Below, piece after piece: positions 54,560 to 60,092 of a stretch of 60,092 bases of DNA; position 1 is the stretch's first letter; every line of letters starts with the position of its first letter. The DNA comes from Candidatus Bathyarchaeota archaeon (GTDB lineage Archaea; Thermoproteota; Bathyarchaeia; TCS64; B23), in the NCBI GenBank assembly GCA_937898665.1, contig CALEIY010000017.1, forward strand, positions 1 through 60,092, read 5' to 3'. A program made the position numbers and the translations under genes. Under the pieces are notes generated by a model. It had not been told where the DNA came from, searched no databases, and worked only from the letters and a program-made list of their open reading frames with translations.

Positions 54560-55533
54560 TCCATCACCCCCATCATGATGTAGGCCTCCTGAAGGGTGAT
54601 CATCGGCCTCCTGAGGTCTGGTAGGCCGTCTAGGGCGATCCTGGGGCAGGCGGTGTCGATGAAGGCTTCAAACTCTGTGAAGTCGTTTAGGATGTCAGCT
54701 CTCACCACGTCGAGGGTGATTATGGCAGCCCTATACCCCCTCTTCTCGAGTTCCCCTCTGAGCTTCTCAGCCTCCCCTATCCTACTCTGACCTGGCTTTA
54801 CGCTCACCACGATCCCTATATTCCTAGCCTTCTTAACCATCTCCACGATGGCTATCCTCCTCTTCAGCATCCTCATGGCCTCCCCACGCCCTATCCTGGC
54901 GGCCTTACCCGTGTAGGGGTCGGCTGCCACCACCTCCCTCCCCGTGGCTAGGGCCATGCCAAGGGGGTGGAAGCGTCCTCCCCCTATGAAGAGGAAGCCA
55001 TCCACCATCTCGGCGATGGAGAGGGCTGTGGAGTAGTCGCAGCCTAAAACCTGTCCATCATAGGGAGTCCATCCGGCTCCCCGACCGATGTGAGGTGTGA
55101 ATCCCCACCTCCTTAGGATCTCAGCCGCCCTCGGCAGTAGGTGGACATGCTGAACCGTGGAGGCCAAACCTATACTCCCCCAATTCTCCAGTAGGGGGCG
55201 AGCCTCATTGAGGAGCTCCTCGACGTCGAAGTCTGCTCTCAGCTCCACGTAGATGACTGGTATCCCAGCGTCGGGCAGCATCCTGTTATGGCCGTAGTGT
55301 ATGATGAGGTCTACGCCTAGGCTCTCGGCCTCATGGAGGGGTAGGTCGCATCCCCCATAGCAGGTGCCCCCTGAGATGTAGGCCCTGACACCCGTCTCAG
55401 CCTCCAGCCTCCTCGTCAGCCAGAGGGCCTTGGGTCTCAGCCCCTCTGGGAGCTGTATCAGAACCCTCTCAACGCCTCTCTCAGCTATCTCCTTGATAAC
55501 CCTCTCCATCTCGAAGTTGTAGGAGATGGTCAA
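54505..55533 (-). CDS. dph2: Diphthamide synthesis radical-SAM enzyme Dph2
   Basis: YNFEMERVIKEI..RVLIQLPEGL and three-domain size. Conserved neighbourhood with csl4 and the methylase. Confidence 0.85.
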   Translation of the reverse strand: MTISYNFEMERVIKEIAERGVERVLIQLPEGLRPKALWLTRRLEAETGVRAYISGGTCYGGCDLPLHEAESLGVDLIIHYGHNRMLPDAGIPVIYVELRADFDVEELLNEARPLLENWGSIGLASTVQHVHLLPRAAEILRRWGFTPHIGRGAGWTPYDGQVLGCDYSTALSIAEMVDGFLFIGGGRFHPLGMALATGREVVAADPYTGKAARIGRGEAMRMLKRRIAIVEMVKKARNIGIVVSVKPGQSRIGEAEKLRGELEKRGYRAAIITLDVVRADILNDFTEFEAFIDTACPRIALDGLPDLRRPMITLQEAYIMMGVMDWGEMLRRSYPGGGWKRL

Positions 55534-55575
55534 GACCCTCTCTATTAAGGGGTTGGAGACTTATAATGGTGAACG

Positions 55576-56091
55576 CTAGGAGTGGAGCTGGGCTGTGGAG
55601 ATGGGGGTTATCCTGATCCTACAGGGGACGGGGAACTTAGCTGAGGCCCTCCTCAGAGCCTCCTTCGCGATGTTAACTGCCTTCTCATCCACCTTCACGA
55701 CCATGAGTCTCTGCCCCCGTCTAACCCTCGCCGCCGTCCCAGCTGGCTTCCCATAGGGTCTGCGCATCCCATCCTGGAATCGGTCTGCCTGGGCGACGGC
55801 CAGCCTCCTCTTCTCCCTCAATATGTGATGGGGATATGGAACGATCTGGAGGAGATAGTTGTCCCTGCCGAGATTCTTCTCCAGATACCTGTTAGCCGCC
55901 AGCCTCGCCGCCTCCAGGGCGTTATGCCTTATCTGCGCATCCCTCAGGTTTAGGAGCTCCACGATGTATTCATAATCCCTATTGGGGTTTCCCATGGTGA
56001 ACTTGACTATTCTGAGGCCTGGGACTCCCCCTATATACTCCTTCCTGGTGTATGGCATCCTCTTTATCGGCCTATAATTCCTCGCCCTCAA
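55576..56091 (-). CDS. rpl10e: Ribosomal protein uL16 (L10e)
   Basis: RARNYRPIKRMPYTRKEYIGGVPG. Confidence 0.9.
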   Translation of the reverse strand: MRARNYRPIKRMPYTRKEYIGGVPGLRIVKFTMGNPNRDYEYIVELLNLRDAQIRHNALEAARLAANRYLEKNLGRDNYLLQIVPYPHHILREKRRLAVAQADRFQDGMRRPYGKPAGTAARVRRGQRLMVVKVDEKAVNIAKEALRRASAKFPVPCRIRITPISTAQLHS

Positions 56092-56132
56092 GGCCCATCA
56101 ATCTTCCCCTATGGGGGTTTAAAAAGCTGACT

Positions 56133-56696
56133 CTAAGCCGGTCTGGTGAAGAGGAAGTATTTCTCATCCTCAGAAAGCTCTCTCAGAATCCTCCTTGTCA
56201 ACAGCTTAACGGGGTCGGGGATGTTCACCCTCCTCTGGAGATCCTCAAAGCTCTCGAAGGGTCTACGCTCACGCTCCTCCAATATCTGCCACATCAACTT
56301 CTTCCCAATACCGGGGATCAGCTCGAGGGCGTGCATCTTAGGCGTCACGGGCTGAGACCTATTGAAGAACTCTATGAAGCGCTTCTCGTTGGCCTTGATG
56401 ATCCTCTCTATTATGCCTGGCAGCTCAGCCTTGGCTGTGGCCGTCAACTCGTCGTAAGAGATTCGTCCAAGTATGTGATCAACCTTGGTTCTGCCGATCC
56501 TCCCCACGTAGAGGCGCTCCCCTATATCGATCTTGGCATCCCTCCTCGGCGTGGCCTCCAGCAGCGTGAAGTAGGTTTCGCCGACGAGCTGTATTATGCC
56601 TCTTCCATAGCTGTACCTAGGGGCGCCTGGCCTACCATGCGGCAATTTATCCAGAACGTATGCATACTCCTCGTATTTTTTACCCTCTCTCTCCAT
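56133..56696 (-). CDS. DUF655-family nucleic-acid-binding protein
   Basis: EEYAYVLDKLPHGRPG..., HhH LELIPGIGKKLMWQILEER. Conserved next to rpoF and rpl21e. Confidence 0.7.
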   Translation of the reverse strand: MEREGKKYEEYAYVLDKLPHGRPGAPRYSYGRGIIQLVGETYFTLLEATPRRDAKIDIGERLYVGRIGRTKVDHILGRISYDELTATAKAELPGIIERIIKANEKRFIEFFNRSQPVTPKMHALELIPGIGKKLMWQILEERERRPFESFEDLQRRVNIPDPVKLLTRRILRELSEDEKYFLFTRPA

Positions 56697-56710
56697 CTCC
56701 TGCCTCCCCG

Positions 56711-57040
56711 CTATTGAGAAGTAGCCTTAGACCTGTATTTCTCTATGATCCTCATTAGATTCTCCATGGTCTCCTTCGATATTATGCGTTGGCGTCCCAG
56801 GAAGGTTCTCAGCTCCTCTATGCTTCCGGGGAGGCAGTTGGCTATCTGAACCGCTATGCTTCTCTCAAGTCCGCTCTCCACGAGCTCCTCTACGAGTTTC
56901 CCCGCCTCCTCTGCGGGGAGTTTTGAGAATTTGAGGGTGTAATCTAAAACCCTTCTCTGGAGTGGGTCTAGCTCTCCTATGGATTCGAGTATCTTCTTCG
57001 CCTCTGGTATGGTGATCTCCCTGCGCTCTATGATGGACAT
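56711..57040 (-). CDS. rpoF: RNA polymerase subunit F (Rpo4)
   Basis: ITIPEAKKILESIGELDPLQRRVLDYTLKFSK and size. Confidence 0.8.
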   Translation of the reverse strand: MSIIERREITIPEAKKILESIGELDPLQRRVLDYTLKFSKLPAEEAGKLVEELVESGLERSIAVQIANCLPGSIEELRTFLGRQRIISKETMENLMRIIEKYRSKATSQ

Positions 57041-57333
57041 ACCGTATGCCTCCTCAGATGCTCGGGTCTGGCGATGACTAGCTTCACCTTCTTCCTCTGC
57101 GGTATCTCTATGACGTAGGCCTTTCCACGCTTCTCCACGATGGTTCCCACTTTACCCTGGAATCTCCTGTGGGGCATACCCTTGTGAACCGTTGGGTTGA
57201 TGTCTATGATGACTCGGTCTCCTATCGAGTAGTTCTCCAGAAGCCTGCTGAGGGGTATCTTACCCCTCTCCCGAACCGGCTTCCGGAGCTTCCTCCTCGT
57301 CTTCCTCCTAGGCCCCTTAGAGTGCCTCCCCAT
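57028..57333 (-). CDS. rpl21e: Ribosomal protein eL21
   Basis: SKGPRRKTRRKL...GDRVIIDINPTVHKGMPHRRFQGKVGTIV. Confidence 0.9.
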   Translation of the reverse strand: MGRHSKGPRRKTRRKLRKPVRERGKIPLSRLLENYSIGDRVIIDINPTVHKGMPHRRFQGKVGTIVEKRGKAYVIEIPQRKKVKLVIARPEHLRRHTVCPS

Positions 57334-57339
57334 CTCCCA

Positions 57340-58665
57340 TCATCCTAACCTGAATCTCTGAAGCTGCCTGAGGAGTCTACGCCTACCCCTCAGCTGCTTC
57401 AGCATCTTTCTCATGGCGTTATACTGTTTTATAAGTTCTCTCACATCCCTCTCCTCCGTTCCGCTTCCCCTGGCGATGCGCCTGATCCTGGAGGCGTTTA
57501 GGATGCGTGGATTCTCCCTCTCCTCAGGGGTCATAGACTGTATGATGACCCTCCACTTATCCAGCCGCTCCTCGGCGATGTCGAAGACGTCGCTGGGAAG
57601 CTCATAGCCGAAGCCTGGGAGCATGGAGATGATCCTCCTCAGAGGCCCAAGCTTCCTCATCGCCTCCAATTGGCCGTAGAGGTCTTCCAAGGTGAACTTC
57701 CCAGAGAGGATCGCCCTCACATCCCTCTCCGAGACCTCAACCTCAGCCTCCTTAACCCTCTTCACAAGGCTCTCTATGTCGCCCATGCCGAGGAGGCGTC
57801 CGATGAACCTAGGGGGATCGAAGGGCTCCAGGTCGTCGACGCTCTCACCGGTTCCTATGAACTTTATTGGGGCCCCCGTGGCTGCGACGCTTGATAATGC
57901 CCCGCCGCCTCTCGCTGAGCCGTCGAGCTTTGCGACGATGATGGAGCCTATCTCCGTGGCCTCCTTGAAGGCCTTTGCCTGGGAGGCCGCCTGCTGCCCT
58001 ATTGTGGCGTCGATGACTAGGATGACCTCCCTAGGCTTGACTGCCTCCGCTATCCGCCGCATCTCCTCCAGCAGCGGCTTCTCCTCCTTATGCCTCCCAG
58101 AGGTGTCTATGATGACGGCCTCATAATCCCTGAAGCGTTCAACCCCCCTCCTAGCGATCTCTATCGGGTCTCGGCATTCTGGATCTCCATAGAAGTCAAC
58201 CTTTATGGATTCGGCGAGCTGCTTGAGCTGGTCGTAGGCTCCAGGCCTGAAGGTGTCGGCGCATATCAGAGCCGTCTTGAAACCCCTCTTCTGTAGGTAT
58301 CGCGCCAGCTTCGCCGCTGTGGTCGTCTTACCAGAGCCCTGTATCCCTATGAGCATATAGATGTTCTGGGTTCCAGGCCTTAGGTCTAGGGGCTGAGCCT
58401 TCTCCCCAACCAGCCTGGTCAACTCGTCGTAGATGACCCTGATGAGATGCTCCCGTCTACTTATCCCCGGGGGGAGCTCCTCGAAGGCCTTCTCCTCGAT
58501 GCGCTTAGACAGCTCGAAGACGAGTTTCACATCGACGTCGGCCTGGAGTAAGGCCCTCTGGAAGTCCCTTATGAGCGTCTTAACGACCTCTCTATCAACG
58601 GTTGGAGCTCTGAGCATCCGCTTTATGGCGTCGTAGAGCGATGATCCAAGCTTCTCCAGCACCAT
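57340..58665 (-). CDS. srp54: Signal recognition particle protein SRP54
   Basis: GIQGSGKTTT, DTSGR, Met-rich M domain. Confidence 0.95.
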   Translation of the reverse strand: MVLEKLGSSLYDAIKRMLRAPTVDREVVKTLIRDFQRALLQADVDVKLVFELSKRIEEKAFEELPPGISRREHLIRVIYDELTRLVGEKAQPLDLRPGTQNIYMLIGIQGSGKTTTAAKLARYLQKRGFKTALICADTFRPGAYDQLKQLAESIKVDFYGDPECRDPIEIARRGVERFRDYEAVIIDTSGRHKEEKPLLEEMRRIAEAVKPREVILVIDATIGQQAASQAKAFKEATEIGSIIVAKLDGSARGGGALSSVAATGAPIKFIGTGESVDDLEPFDPPRFIGRLLGMGDIESLVKRVKEAEVEVSERDVRAILSGKFTLEDLYGQLEAMRKLGPLRRIISMLPGFGYELPSDVFDIAEERLDKWRVIIQSMTPEERENPRILNASRIRRIARGSGTEERDVRELIKQYNAMRKMLKQLRGRRRLLRQLQRFRLG

Positions 58666-58698
58666 TTCCCGTTCTTCCCTAATCTATCCCTCTCACCT

Positions 58699-59634
58699 TC
58701 ATGTAAAGGTTGCCTCAACCCTCTCCAGGGCGGCGGCGACTATCAATGGAAATAGGATCGTCGCATCGCCGTAGACGTCAACTATCCTCGCCCCCTTAAC
58801 CTTCCCCCAGCTGATGGCCTCTCTAAGCGGAGCTCCGCTGAGACTTCCATCCTCAGCCCTCGCGGTGGTTATCTGAACCGCCGCATCTAGGCCGCCTCTC
58901 AAGGTGTTCATGTATAGTGTGTGATGCTTCGGAACTCCCCCGCCTAGGATGATGGCTCCAGCCTTCTCGGCGTCGTAGACCAACTCGGCGAAATGCTCGA
59001 AGTCCCTGAGGGGGTTTATGCTGAGCGTCCTCCGCTGGGAGTACATCCAGAGGGGTATGCCGATCATGGAGTCTAGGAGGGCTGGGCTGAAGATGGGGAC
59101 ATCCCTCAACGCCGCGCATCTGAGGATGGAGTCCTCATCTCTCAGCCTCAACCCGATCTCACGTAGCAGACCCCAGATCGGGGTCTCCCTCCTCTTCTCC
59201 TCCGGTATCTCATCGAGGATCCCGTAGAGGAAGCGTTCCAACTCCTGGAAGACCCTGGACTCTATGTAGATGTCATAGGCCCTGGAGACACCTCTCTCCC
59301 TAAGCCTCTCATCATCGGCCTCGGGGCTTCCGGAGTGGTGTTCCCCTCCCATCGCCTCTATTAGGTCGTGTACCAGGTTGGCCCCGCTGGTTACCAGGGC
59401 GTCTATGTACCCCTTCTTTATGAGGTCTGAGATGATTAGGCGTAGCCCAGCTGGGACGAGGGGGCCTGATAGGGAGAGGAAGATGGTGTAGCTCTCATCG
59501 CTGAACATCTCAGCTATTATCTCGACGGCCTTCGCAACCCTTCCAGCCCCTATGACCCCCGCCCTGCCCAGCTCCCTCGCTAAGCTGTCGACGGTCATCC
59601 CAGCCTTGAGGCGTATCGGTTTGATTCTCCTCAT
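58699..59634 (-). CDS. dys: Deoxyhypusine synthase
   Basis: LSGPLVPAGLR, VTSGANLVHD, GGGVPKHH. Directly downstream of aIF5A. Confidence 0.9.
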   Translation of the reverse strand: MRRIKPIRLKAGMTVDSLARELGRAGVIGAGRVAKAVEIIAEMFSDESYTIFLSLSGPLVPAGLRLIISDLIKKGYIDALVTSGANLVHDLIEAMGGEHHSGSPEADDERLRERGVSRAYDIYIESRVFQELERFLYGILDEIPEEKRRETPIWGLLREIGLRLRDEDSILRCAALRDVPIFSPALLDSMIGIPLWMYSQRRTLSINPLRDFEHFAELVYDAEKAGAIILGGGVPKHHTLYMNTLRGGLDAAVQITTARAEDGSLSGAPLREAISWGKVKGARIVDVYGDATILFPLIVAAALERVEATFT

Positions 59635-59638
59635 CCCC

Positions 59639-60037
59639 TCAGCCCTTCACCCTCACAAGTTTCCTATGCCCCATGATGTTCCAGTATTCAACCTCCTTCC
59701 CGACTTCAAGCCTCGATTTAACCTCCTCCTCCGATGGATGGGGAACCTCGAAGACCTCATAGGTCTCTAGATCCATGAGCTGGACATAATCGGGGGTGAT
59801 GGAGACGATCTGGCCTCGCCGTTTGTCGACGATTGGTATCTCTATCGTCGCGTCGACGGGGCTTACGAAGCTCTTCTTACTGCCGTCTAGGAGGCTTACG
59901 GCTATGCATCTGAACTTCGCGCTCCCATGCTTCCCAGGCTTACTCTTCTGAATTGAGAGTATCTGGCAGGGTTCTCCGTCGATGACTGCGTAGGAGCCAA
60001 CCTTCAACTCCCCAACCCTACCAATCCTATATGCCAT
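59639..60037 (-). CDS. eif5a: Translation initiation factor 5A (aIF5A)
   Basis: Hypusine loop SKPGKHGSAKFR. Confidence 0.95.
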   Translation of the reverse strand: MAYRIGRVGELKVGSYAVIDGEPCQILSIQKSKPGKHGSAKFRCIAVSLLDGSKKSFVSPVDATIEIPIVDKRRGQIVSITPDYVQLMDLETYEVFEVPHPSEEEVKSRLEVGKEVEYWNIMGHRKLVRVKG

Positions 60038-60092
60038 TTAGAGTCCACCAGCCCATGAGAGAGTATATGAGGAGAGATAAATCATTTCCGCG

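Noticed and set aside
56052-56717. 221-aa plus-strand ORF
   Set aside because: It is antisense to the DUF655 gene, which has recognisable HhH and conserved N-terminal motifs and conserved synteny. The plus-strand product has no motifs.
1-60092. Searched by eye for CRISPR arrays, rRNA genes, inteins and tRNA introns
   Set aside because: No regularly spaced direct repeats were seen and no rRNA-like stretches. RadA, PCNA and the polymerase subunits have normal lengths, and the three tRNAs fold without introns.

Overview
Compact archaeal chromosomal segment, roughly 53-60% G+C by hand count of sample lines. Gene content suggests a TACK/Thermoproteota-like or related uncultured lineage; I cannot name the organism. 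Most of the window is information-processing housekeeping. This includes secE-spt5-rpl11-rpl1-rpl10, the rps19e/PDCD5-like/rpl39e/rpl31e/rplX/pfdA/ftsY cluster, and pcna-tfs-DUF99-rpoL-csl4-methylase-dph2-rpl10e-DUF655-rpoF-rpl21e-srp54-dhs-aif5A. Also present are radA, aIF1, TFB, TFE, ABCE1, an RNase J-like nuclease, XPF, UDG, class I LysRS, ArgRS and Trm56. Accessory content includes a divergent LIV-type ABC importer, a heterodimeric ABC exporter flanked by PadR-like genes, a CoA-transferase and membrane glycosylation/lipid genes. Several real genes are missing from the ORF track: a 5'-complete argG running off the left edge, secE, rpl39e, a 59-aa 4-oxalocrotonate-tautomerase-like gene, three tRNAs and two tandem C/D-box sRNAs. 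The loci most worth a second look are C1-related. One is a tight operon of a non-pyrrolysine MttB-family methyltransferase, a saccharopine-dehydrogenase-like oxidoreductase and an MtrH-like pterin methyltransferase, with no corrinoid-protein gene but a QueG-like Fe-S protein next door. The other is a single ORF fusing a DapA-type aldolase to a formaldehyde-activating-enzyme (Fae) domain. I found no CRISPR array, rRNA, transposase or integrase. All family assignments come from motif recognition by eye and need HMM or BLAST confirmation.
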